From: the human T2T-CHM13v2.0 reference genome, Homo sapiens
DNA: 64,000 nucleotides
Reading direction: 5' to 3' (one strand)
NCBI RefSeq assembly: GCF_009914755.1
Contig: NC_060927.1
Position numbers and translations under genes: made by a program. How positions within the stretch are numbered: the stretch's first letter is position 1; each line of letters opens with the position of its first letter. Positions 19,950 to 31,798 of this stretch are shown one piece after another. The notes under the pieces were generated by a model, which saw only the letters and a list, made by a program, of their open reading frames with translations, did not search any database and was not told the DNA's origin.

Positions 19950-21030
19950 TCTCTGAGTCCTTTCACTTCTTTCCTACTCCTGACTTTGTTCTCCTGAAGG
20001 CCTCTTCCTTTATTTCTTAAAATATGTATACTTCTCCCAACTTACACTGGCTTCCTTGAGCCTGCTGCTCCCAATAACTGTCCTCCTTTCTTCTTTCTGA
20101 GCCAACTCCTTAAAAGACATTGTTTATACCCACTAAGCTCATCTATCTCCTCCCATTCTCTTCTGAATGCCTGCTATCTGGCTTTACCTCTATCCCACTA
20201 TTAAATTCCTCAAAAGCTATCAATGACTTCCTTCTAGCCCAGTGGTCCCAACCTTTTTGGCACCAGGGACCAGTGTTGTGGAAGATAATTTTTCCACAAA
20301 CCAGGGGCAGGGGGGATAGTTTTGGGATGATTCAAGAGCATTACATTTATTGTGCTCTTTATTATTATACAATGTGCTATAATATAGAATCAATAGCAGC
20401 CCTGAGTTTGTTTTCCTGCAGTTACATAGTCCCATCTGGAGGTGATGGGAGACAGTGACAGATCATCAGGCATTAGATTCTCATAAGGAGCACACAACCT
20501 AGATCCCTCACATGTGCAGTTCACAATATGGTTCACGCTCCTGTGAGAACCTAATGCAGCCGCTGATTTGTTAGGAGGCAGAGCTCAGGCAGTAATGTGA
20601 GCAATGAGGAGTAGCTGTAAATACAGATCTTCACTTGCCTGCCACTCAGCTCCTGCTGTGTGGCTGACTGGTACTAGACTGTGACCCAGGGGTTGGGGAC
20701 CCCTGTTCTAGCCAAATCCTTTTTCAATTTCTAAGATCAAGTGAATCAACTTCAGGCCCCATTTTAAACTGCAGATTGACCAGCCTATCTTTAGGTTTCT
20801 GTGTCACTGCCTCATTCAGATTTCCTTCCTGTCTCTCTGCCAGTTTTCTCTCTCCTTTCTGCTGGTGTTTCTTCCCCATCTTGTCTCCAACTGTAAGTAT
20901 TCCCTGTATTGTAGCACTTGGGCTCATTTCTCACTGTACATGCTGCATACTTTCAGATAATTCATCCGCTCTGCTAGCTTAAATTGCCCTTTCTATTACA
21001 ATGTCGCTCATGTTTATATCTCCTGTTGAC
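19950..21030 (+). mobile_element. L2 fragment interrupted by MER1A
   Basis: tctggcttt...caatgacttccttctagcc|aaatcc...; pyrimidine-rich L2 body. Confidence 0.55.
20240..20705 (+). mobile_element. MER1A hAT-Charlie element
   Basis: cagtggtcccaacctttttggcaccagggacc ... ggggttggggacccctg; perfect 8-bp TSD ttctagcc. Confidence 0.92.
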
Positions 21031-21184
21031 AGAATGATTACCTCTGTGCTGCCATCCCTCTTATGCCATCCATACATTAAAACAACCACTAATTCACAAA
21101 GCAATCACAACCTTGAGAACCAGTCAAGTATGAGGCCATTGCCATTGAGTTGTTTCTCAGAGTTCCTAAGGTCTCCGCTTAGAA

Positions 21185-21374
21185 CAGCAGTTCTCAAACT
21201 TAAGATTTCATCAGAATTTACCTGGAAGTGTTGTTAAAAGACAAGTTGCTTGACTCTATGCCCAGAGTTTTCTGATTCGGTAGGTCTGTGGTGGGTCCAA
21301 GAATTTGTATTTCTAACAAATTTCCAAGTGATGCTGATGCTGCTGTTTCAGGCACAATGCTTTGAGCATCACTG
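21185..21374. mobile_element. MER5A
   Basis: cagcagttctcaaactt...tctgattcggtaggtctg...gtgatgctgatgctgctg...tttgagcatcactg; perfect TSD gcttagaa. Confidence 0.9.
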
Positions 21375-21382
21375 GCTTAGAA

Positions 21383-21860
<478 letters not shown>

Positions 21861-22699
21861 GATACATATGTTTAGAAGCAGAGGAAAGGAAATACCACTC
21901 AGAAAAGCAATAGCCTTGGGTAGGGGTTTGCCCCATGGTTTCCTCCAAAGTCCATTAATTCCATAAAATAATAAGCAAAAGGGTCGTGTGTGGCCAGGGA
22001 GGGAGTGCGTAGCCTTCAACATATTCTCCAAAGGATCTGTGACTCCACCACCCAAATTAAAAATCACTAAGGAAGCTGATTCTTAGGGAGGCCTGGCCTG
22101 CTTACACAATTTCTTACATTCACACACATCACCATCATATATTGTTTCAAACTCCCTTCTGTTCATACATTAAGGCTTCTGTGGGAAATACCTGCTTTAC
22201 TTTGCATAGCTTCAAGGCTTGAAATGTTTATCCTTGCATATTCACTCAGGTTAATAAGCATTTGTTTCTAAGTGCTTATTAAGAAGAAGAATCCAACATC
22301 CATCCATCATTGACATGTTGGCAAGAATCACTTTATCTAGGTTGGTTTTATATTACCATATGTCCTAAAGTAATAGGTATTTTGAATGAGCAAAGAAGGG
22401 AGTATGAAGAACATTGACAGTCTAAGTAGAGGCCCACAGAGAAGTTTTCAAAAAAACCCGGACAATGGTAACCTGAAAGATTGAGACGGGTATCTGAGGC
22501 AGTAAGATATGTGTGAAGAAAGAAAAATCAGAATACACAAAGAGTAATTTTTAACTATGGTACCTGAAACTCATTGTACGATGAAGAAACGAATAGAAAA
22601 TCATCTTCCTTCTTCTTTTCTTCCCTCATGTTCATCACATACAGATTCCTCAGAATCATTAACTAAGGATTAACATGATCTCTACTAGTGGGGTCAGTT

Positions 22700-22925
22700 T
22701 TGAGTAATGTAAAGCATGGGAGCCTTAGAGCCAATCCCAGCTCTGCCATTCACTGTCTAGGTGGCCTCGAGCAACTGTTAACCTCTCTAAGTCCAAGTTT
22801 CCTATCTGTAAAATAGCAATGATAATACCCGCCTCATGAGGTTATCTTGAAAAGTAAATGAAATAATTTTTAGTACTTATTACAGTGCTTCAAACTACCA
22901 AGTGTTCAATAAATGGCTGTTACTA
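22700..22925 (+). mobile_element. MIR
   Basis: aatcccagctctgccattcact...ttaacctctctaag...agtttcctatctgtaaaat...tcaataaatgg. Confidence 0.8.
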
Positions 22926-23490
22926 CAACTCAGCTAGGTTATGATCAAATAGGCATTTTTTGGACTAGCCTAAAAATGCAACTATGTATCAATTGCTATT
23001 TTCTATGTCCCAAGTGATTGGCTTTGAGATAGTCTTCACTATGAAAACATTTAAATACTCACTTTACATTTTCAATTTACTTTTTAAACGAACTACTTGT
23101 TGTTCCAACTGCCAATACTTTTTGTTTAGCTACTCAGTTACCATCTTAATCTCACAGCTAATAGAAACTTCTCCCCGAAATGAGAGTTTCTTAGGAACAA
23201 GGATCATGTCTTTATCAAATAACCATTAATTGAGCATCTATATGTCAATAACTGGACATAAAAAGATACATACGATTAGTTCCTTTCCTCATGGGGTTTA
23301 ACTTCTACCTGGGAAAAATAATATGCAAATACAATTCAAGATTATGACTGTTATAATAAAGATGCGTGCCAAGAACTATTGAGTCTACTGGAAGAACAGA
23401 TTTATTTTATCTCATTTGATAAGGAAATCTTCGTAAGAGAGGTGGCATTAGAACTGAGCCAAATGTATATCAAACTCAATAATAAATGAA

Positions 23491-23785
23491 GTAATTCCAG
23501 CACTTTGGAAGACAGAGATGGAAGGATCACTTGAAGCTAGGAGTTTGAGACAAGCCTGGGAAACATAGCAAGACCCCTGTCTCTACCAAAATAAATAAAT
23601 AAAAATAACATTAGCCAGGCATGGTGGCACATCTTTGTAGTCCTGGCTATTCAGGAGGCTGAGGCAGGGTAATCACTTGAGCACAGGAGTTTGAGGTTAC
23701 AATGAGTTATGATCATGCCATTGCACTCCAGCCTGGGTGACAGAGCAAGACCTTGTATCAAATAATAATAATAACACTAATAATA
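23491..23785 (+). mobile_element. AluJ (5'-clipped) with (AAT)n tail
   Basis: ggatcacttgaagctaggagtttgagacaagcctggg, aggagtttgaggttacaatgagttatgatc. Confidence 0.9.
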
Positions 23786-24932
23786 ACTGTAAAACATATG
23801 TAGGAATAGAGAGATCTGCATGAATGCTACTGCAGGACAAGATTCATAAGTGTACTATGGTAATTTTGGACCTTGAATACATAGGATAAAGATAAAAGAT
23901 GAAATGTCATGGTGTGCATCTAGGCATGTATGTAATAGTAAGAAATATTATTAATAAATAGCAAGCTGGTTGATGGGAAATAATGTTAGAGAGGTGCTAC
24001 CAAGAAACTGTATTTTGTAGAGCCCTGGGAACTGAGCAGGGAAGTTTAGACCTCATGCAATAAGCAAAAGAAAAACAAAAAAAAAAAAAAAAAGAAAAAA
24101 AGGCATTATAGATTCTACAACCAAGGTATATGTAACATGATGAAAGCTAAGTTGTAGTAAGGTTATTCCAGCTATCATGTTGTGGGTAAAGGATCGAGGC
24201 TAAATATGGTAGACTAGAGCATCTTGAGTCAATTTTATTAATGCAGCTATGACCTGTGGTAGGTCTAGACGAGTACAAGTATGTGTTTAGAGATCAACTA
24301 TAGATATAAATGTGATATTTCATGAATGTCACCTGGGATATTTGAATAATAATATCACTGACAAATATTGCAAAGGTAATGGGAAAGATTATGAATCATT
24401 TTTAAGTGAATAAAATTTAGCATCATCTTTATGCCAAGTATGTGAAAATATATAATATTTCAGGTATATGTATCTACATAATATGTGCATCTTCATTCAG
24501 TATCTGTTTCCCACAGTATATCTTGTTTCCACAAAGAAATTATCTACTTCTGCTGGGCGGAATCTCGTCTCATATTTCTCATGCATTCTACAGAGCCTAC
24601 CGTGTAAAAAACATAAAGTTGGTACTTAATAAAAACTTATTTGATTAAATAACTGAGGTCAGAAATAGCAGAAAACTAGCCCATCTTAGATGGAGTCATT
24701 AGTGAATAAGAATTATTTATTCCTAATAATATTGATGAAGTGGCAAAAGTTTTACTGTGCCAAGTAATTCTAGACAATAAAACTATAGTTCATTTTTTTT
24801 TTAATATTCAGTAGAACAAATTTTATGGACCTGAAACATCAAGGGAAATAGGGAAAAATCACCCTTCTCATCTACTCAGGTTTGCGTAGGTTTATTTTTT
24901 TTTTCTTTTTTCACTTTAAAAGTGTGATCTTA

Positions 24933-25226
24933 GGCTGGGCCTGGTGCCTCATGCCTGCAATCCCAGCACTTTGGGAGACCAAGGTGGGCAGATCACGAGG
25001 TCAGGAGTTCGAGACCAGCCTGACCAAGATAGTGAAACCCCATCTCTACTAAAAATACAAAAATTAGCCGTGCGTGGTGGCAGGTGCCTATAATCCCAGC
25101 TACTCGGGAGGCTGAGGCAGAGAATTGCTTGAACCTGGGAGGCGGAGGTTGCAGTGAGCCGAGATCACACCATTGCTTTCCAGCCTGGGCTACAGGGTGA
25201 AAATCCATCTCAAAAAAAAAAAAAAA
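24933..25226 (+). mobile_element. AluSg-like
   Basis: gatcacgaggtcaggagttcgagaccagcctgaccaagat; degenerate TSD aaaagtg(tg)atctta. Confidence 0.92.
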
Positions 25227-26958
25227 GTGATCTTAAAGTTGGAGTGGGAGAATAAGACAGTAAATCAGCCCAATCTTTTATAGCAGCATATTCACTTCAC
25301 TTAGAAAAAATAACTTTAATTGCACAGGGATAGAAAGAAAGATATTTGAATACCTTTCCTTGACAAGATTCAGAGCTTTCATGTAAGAATAAAATATACA
25401 TTTACAGTAAATTTAGATTTGGGGTAGAATTTAAACTCTTGTCCATCAACATGTAATGAATGAATGTGACGCTTGCATAATAGCATTTTTTGGAGCACTG
25501 TTAGAGCAAGGGAGTCTTCGCAATGCTAAAGAAAAAAGGAAGTTAAAAAATTTAAGGATGTTTCACTTTCAATAAAAAAAATCCTAGTTGAAATAAGTTG
25601 GCAACTCCATGTTCAGAATCTATATTGTTTCTCTAATGTTCAGGAATGGTTAAGGCAGGAAAGAGAATCTCAAGGTCACCAGGAATAGTCCTTAGAGTAT
25701 TCTTATAGGGCTTATCTGTGCTCACATGCCTAATTTTTTTCCAAGTGCAAAAGAATGGCCACTTGCTTGAGACAGGCCCAGTGCCATCCTTTATTCAAGT
25801 TCCTTTATACTCCTCTTTTTAAAGAAGCTGTCAAGTTCTTTTTTTGCAGTTGACAGGAAAGGCCAAATCTGTGGTACAGGAAAGGAGGCGCAAAAAAGAA
25901 ACTTTTTTGTGTTGATGTTTTACTAAGTGAGCTAAGGAGAATTTTAGAATCATGCAATTTACTCTGGAGGCATTTACTGTACATAGCTATAGTGATGGTA
26001 ATTTCTTTCATTGTTGAAGTGAAAAGATAACCATCAATCAGTTGTCAATTGGTCAATTGCAGAAGTGATGAAAAGAAACTGGTAGGAACAATCACTTCTG
26101 TGGCTACCTAGACCATTTGGAGGCATAAGAAAAGTATGGGAACTGGATTGCATTTTAAAAAGGGATTGGACCAGATTTTCAAAAAGGTTAATAGGCATAA
26201 CTTCTTTGTAAAGGATGGCTTTGCAGTTATGCATAATCAGGAAATGCATTTTAAAAATGAAAAATTTTAAAGACAATGAAAAGTTTAAAAGTAAAAATTA
26301 TTTATTTAATTAGATCAGGTAAATAAGCCCAGAAGACCTTGAATTTCAGTGTGTTCCTAATGGAGGAATAAATATAGTTTACTAATAACCCAACACATGT
26401 ATTTAAAACAAATTAATGAAAATTACTTTGCACTCATGCCTTAGGTTCTAATCTTGGACACTTTGAAATAAATAACTTTCCAAGTATTTATTATGAGAAA
26501 TAGAACATACAAGCTAATTGTGAACACTGTTTTTAAGCAAATATTTACAGATAATTTAATTTTTTTGAACCTATGGAAGTTTATATAAAGGTTAAGATAA
26601 GAGCAATTTAAAAAATCATTAACTTGCATAAAAGGCAAATGGCACACTTAGGGACTTAGTGCTGTAAGCAAGATTTCATTTTAATTTATCCTATTTTCCT
26701 AAGAATGGCAATGTTATTGATTTATTCTGAGAGAGTTCCCCACACACATAGTGATTTTTTTTTTTTTTTTACCGTGGTAGGTAATAAAAAGGATTACAGG
26801 CCCCCAGAAGGATGAGATATCATCAGTTTGTAATCCAGCCCATGGTTTCCTAGATACCGTATTGTCTATTCTGTTCCGCTATGTGAAAAATGTTGAATAT
26901 CAACAATGGGTTTCAGTGCTGTATTGTTGAGTTTTGTATGAACTAATCTAGCTTCTCT

Positions 26959-26965
26959 AAAAAAA

Positions 26966-26997
<32 letters not shown>

Positions 26998-27046
26998 GAA
27001 AGAAAAGAAAGAAAGAAAGAAAAAAAAAGAAAAGAAAAAAAAGAGA
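26959..27046. repeat. poly(A)/(AAAG)n polypurine tract
   Basis: A run of about 26 followed by AAAG/AAAAG units. Confidence 0.95.
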
Positions 27047-27160
27047 ACCACAGCTTTGGACAAAAGTCTATAGCCAGTGCATTTGAAAACTCCCCTTGCA
27101 CCAGGGCTGACTGTAGCTGGGGGAAGACATTTTACTCATTTGCTCTTTCCTTTCATACAG

Positions 27161-27297
27161 TCAGCTGGTCCCTCTTCTCAGGTGTAGATCACCTATTATA
27201 ATTTTACCTAATTTTGATACTCTGATAAGGAAAGTCCCAGGACTTATCAGCTGGGATAGGCCTCACTTACAAGACAGCTCTGTTCAGTATTTGGAAG
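27161..27297 (+). other. Candidate non-coding exon (likely 5'UTR), 137 nt
   Basis: Acceptor tttactcatttgctctttcctttcatacAG| with branch-like ctcat; strong donor AAG|GTAAGC; no ATG; repeat-poor context. Confidence 0.6.
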
Positions 27298-27408
27298 GTA
27301 AGCTATTTGCACAACTTCTCTGCTGTAGTGTACTGGCCTAGCTCTAAAACTTTGCAGTACATCACTTATTTTTAACTTTCACTTTTTTTCTCTTTTCTTC
27401 TTTTGGAG

Positions 27409-27481
27409 AAAGAAAGCCTGACAGGTTTCTTCGGAAAAGTGGCCATCCATGGAATGAATGAAATGTTCTCTTTCTATTCCA
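27409..27481 (+). other. Candidate second exon
   Basis: Branch-like tttaac (27371), long polypyrimidine tract, AG at 27407-27408 (alternatives 27412 and 27416); donor CCA|GTAAGT; several ATGs near its 3' end. Confidence 0.5.
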
Positions 27482-28733
27482 GTAAGTAATTGACTTGTAA
27501 CTAAAAATTGAACTAGCTGCTATGTCAGCTGCAATGTGAGCTGCTGCTGGCACAGGTGTTGCTTACTCTTTAGCCTGGAAAGAAAAGGGGTTTAAACTGT
27601 GATTAAATTTCAAGTCAATTGACCTCAACATGATAGTACATAATTCTCACTTGCCTACCAAATGGCCTGAGTTCTCATTTTGACCCTGATTCTGACACCT
27701 GCGTTTTTAATGTTTGGTGTAGCTAAAGCTATGGTTGCTCTTTTGTTTAGAAATAAAGTGGGTAGAGAACAGTTCTAAGTAAATAACAAATGGTAGCCAG
27801 CCGAATGAGTCTTTAATACAGCGCTCAACGTGTTCGATTTTTTTAATGCATTAACTCTGAGTTCATGTAAATTATTATTCAATCTTTTCTTTTTAAACAG
27901 TATGGATTTATGGGTAACAATTTACTAACTATGGATACACAGTAAATCCAAATCAGTGAATTACAAATAAGGAAAGGATGTGAGAATTTTGATGTTAAGT
28001 GCTTTCAAATTAACTTTGATTATGTAACATATCATAGGCGAAATATGCCTTGCACTTCAATTATTTTTGAGCCCTAGGAATGAAATAGCAGCATTGTTTT
28101 TCTTCCTTAGTATAAATAGAACAAAAGTCTCCTTAACTTAAGCAAGATGACCGTATTTGAGTTTGGGAGACAAACCTTTATCTTTTCCCAAAAGCAAAAT
28201 AAAAATCATCTAAAATTTAGTGACATCTAAAATTACAATTTACACTTAAGGCTATTCTCCATTCATTTTTTGTAAAATGGTTGCATGCTAAGGATTGATC
28301 TGTAAGATGAGAGCACCCATGGATTGTTGTTTTTTCCTCCTAACTTCCTTTCTAACCTGGGAATTAGGAGAACTTGCTGATGATGCTTGCTTAACCCTGC
28401 TTTTAGTGCCAGGCTGTAACTAGCTCTCTGTGAAACCATTTCTGACCCTCTGCTTGCAGTGGTGAGCCTGAATTTTTCCCCCTCCTGGCCCATCACTGTC
28501 AGTCAATTATAAGATTGAACTGAACCAGAAAATCTGGTACAGTCTGGTAATTACTACAAAGGGTTTCCAGTCTAGTGTAAAGACAGAGATGCAAGAGCCC
28601 CAGCAGTCTCAGAAATCGTTTTGATTGGCCATGGACATTGCCTTTTAGTGCTGCTTGGTGACTTCCTAAAGATATTGCCTCCTACCCTACAGGTCTTCTC
28701 CTTCAAGTACATTATGGGCCTTTTTTAAAAGTC

Positions 28734-28776
<43 letters not shown>

Positions 28777-28799
28777 CATGTGTGTTCGTGTGTGTGTGT
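28734..28799. repeat. (GT)n microsatellite, imperfect on the right
   Basis: Direct reading. Confidence 0.95.
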
Positions 28800-31519
28800 T
28801 TCTTTTTTTAGATTCAACTTCTCCCATTTTTAGTCTGTCATTTTTGCCTATCAAACAGACACATTTTGACTTGCCCAACAAAGAACCAAGTTATCAACAC
28901 TCACAGAAACTGACATTTTTAATTCAGGCTTCATTATGTCTTTGAATTATGACAGTGACATACAAAGACATTTTAAGGGTTTTTCATTGTTTTTTAAAAA
29001 TCCAGCATTGGGATGTTTATCTTTCTTTAGTATTCATATTTCCCTTTCTACCTTTATTCTCAGTAATATATAATTAGCATTATCAAAACCATCAGCTATT
29101 ATCCTTTCTGACTTTTGACCTTTATTTTTTAAATAAGCCTCAAGCTAACATTCTCCAGAATAAGAAAAATTCCCTAACAGATTTTAATGAAATATTTTAG
29201 GATTATTTTAAAACATGAATCCCTTTTAAACATCAACACTACATGACTAGACAAGTAATGGGTCTTACGATAAAACAATAGCAACAAAATAAATTTGATG
29301 AAAAATTATTTTGTAAATCTAACTTGCATTTGATGGTAAGTGCGATTTTATAGTGTGTATTTCATCAGACATTTTAAACCATTACTTTGGAGTTCTTTGC
29401 TTATTATGAAAGGTTGTTTGGGGTAAATTCTTATTTTTTACAGAAGCAAACATTCTTTTTGATTATAGATTACAACGACTCATTAGTCATATCAGATATA
29501 GTGAAAGTGTTTGGTAATTTGTCGATATAACAAATGCCTATCCCAAAAGATAGATTATGTCTATCTTATTTTTTTTAATTTGCTTTAAGGACAAGTTTAA
29601 TGTCTGACACCCTGCACAAAATTGCAAAAGCAGCAGTGCCCAAAAGAAAAACAATCAAAAGAAAGCACAGGGTTTTCATCTCCAAGAATGCTATCTTTAG
29701 GACAATCTGCATCATGAATTTAGTTGTGATGTGTGTTGTGAATCTTCTAAAGGATCCTTTATTTATCTACACCTTAATGTAGCTTTAAATATCTGCTTTA
29801 TTTCTATGTATAATCTTAACAAAAGTAGTTACATTACCATGCCTGGTACTGATTTTTACATCTGACTTTTTGCTGTTACATTTCAAGAAGGTTAATATTG
29901 CTTTTGTAACCCTGTCATGAGTAATGCATTTTCCCAGTAAACATGTCATAATGTTAAAGGCTGTTCAAGAAGCAGTGTTTCTGTTGAAACAGTTTTGTAT
30001 TTATTTCTCTATTGTTTATTATCCATAATATAGTGTAAGGCTTTGAAAAGAACACGCATATTTATGTAATTAACACTTTTTGTTATTAGGAAAGCCTTCC
30101 CATTAAAAACTAAGAGAGTCTAAGAAAACTATATAAATGGGCAACTTTTCAGGAAAAATATTTGCATTCGATTTTAATTTGCCATCAAGCTTATATGTTA
30201 AAATGTATACATAAAGTGACTGAGGGAAGGGTACTTTCTGGTGTTTTTTTTCTTATTTTTTAATCTAAAATATATGTTGAAATTCAAAAGGTGTTCACCA
30301 CATGCAGTGTGGCAGCGTTCAATATTCTTTAACAGCTGTATACTGTGTGGGTCTGTATGAAGTTACAGGGGCTCACAAGCTTTATAACGGACACAAACAT
30401 TCTTTTCTATTTCAGTCTTAACTCCTAGAAGCAGGAGTAAGACTTGGAAAGAACCAAGCAGCCTCCTGCCCCACTGAGACCAGAGTACCTCTGCTATTAT
30501 CTGCTGTGTATATTAGAGTTCCATTAAGATTTACTCATGAAAATCCCATGCTAGAAAGAAAAAGTGAAACATTACTGACTGAGGCTATCTTATAGAAAAG
30601 GAAAGCAGGGTTTACTCAAGGTTGTACACTGAGTGAGTGACAGTGTCAATTTTATCACCCAGTTTCTTGTCTCCTGGTCCCAGGCTTACTCTCCTAACCA
30701 GACACAGTCATGGCTCTGTATGTCCAGGCCTCCTAAACTATATTGCTAAAAGCTCACACCAAGAGATTCACAGCCATATGTTTAAAATCAGGATGCTTCC
30801 TGAAGATATAGTATCTAGGTGGTAAATGGAATTTTTTAACATTATAGACCAAAATCAAGCCCTTTATTTGGCAATATTATTCATTCTGGCTGCATTGTTG
30901 TAGCTGTTAGGTAAAAGATTGATTCCTCTTACTTCTTAGTAAAGTAATATTTTGGAGGTTTCTTAATGGTATTTCTAATTGTGGTAAAAAAATAAAATTT
31001 ACTACCCTCACCATTTTTAACGGTATAGTTCAGTAATGTTAACTTAAGTGGTATTTTTTACAGTAGAAAAATAATTAGTACTTAAATCCAAAAGAAAGAA
31101 ATTTTTTTTAAAAAACTGAATTAAGATGCTAATTTTTCAAAACATGTTTTATGGAATACCATCCCTATAAGCTATGCCAGCTAAAAAAAAAATAACACGG
31201 TCAAATAATTTATGTCCTTCTCTAAGAAATTCACAATGAAAATTTGTACTTGAAAAACTCTGGTAAATCATAAAGATCTCTTTGAACCTTGTATAATATA
31301 GTGTATCCCAAACTATTTTTCCATAGGTTTCCCCCAACCTATTTTGCCAAAAAGTCTATTTTTATTCTTCAGAGCTAATATTTTTAACACATTTTAGGAA
31401 ATTTTCCTCTAATCCAACCTTTGCAGATTAAAAAAGATCTATAAAGTGATGTTTATACTATTTATGTTCACTGGCTCTGTGTTTACAAATCTTTTATCTT
31501 TATCTTATGGTAGTAAATC

Positions 31520-31635
31520 TCATTAATTCAATCACTCAACAAATATTTAGGCATGGGCTAAGTGCTGGGAATACAGTAATGAGTAAATCAGTCAGAACCC
31601 CTGACCTTACAGAGTTTACAGTCTGGGAAAGAAGT
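31520..31635 (-). mobile_element. L2 3' end
   Basis: cactcaacaaatattta...ctaagtgctgggaatacagtaatgag...ccctgaccttacagagtttacagtct. Confidence 0.75.
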
Positions 31636-31662
31636 CACTGAAAGTGCTCTAATGTGAAAGTC

Positions 31663-31798
31663 AGAAGAAGGGAAGAAAGAAAAGAAGAAAGCAAGAAAGG
31701 GAGGAAACAAAAAAGGAGGGAGGGAGGGATGGAGGGAAGGAAGGAAGGAAGGGAGGGAGGAAGGGAGGGAGGGAGAGAGGGAAAAGGAAAGAAAGGAA
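31663..31798. repeat. GA-rich low-complexity (GGAA/GGGA)n tract
   Basis: About 135 nt of almost pure purines. Confidence 0.92.

Noticed and set aside
27161-27481. Assigning a gene symbol to the exon candidates
   Set aside because: I do not recognise the sequence with confidence; a BLAST or BLAT search is needed.
30400-30445. Strong-looking acceptor ttcttttctatttcAG (30415) followed by GGA|GTAAGA
   Set aside because: The exonic side of the donor is weak and it would give a 22-nt exon; unsupported without RNA data.
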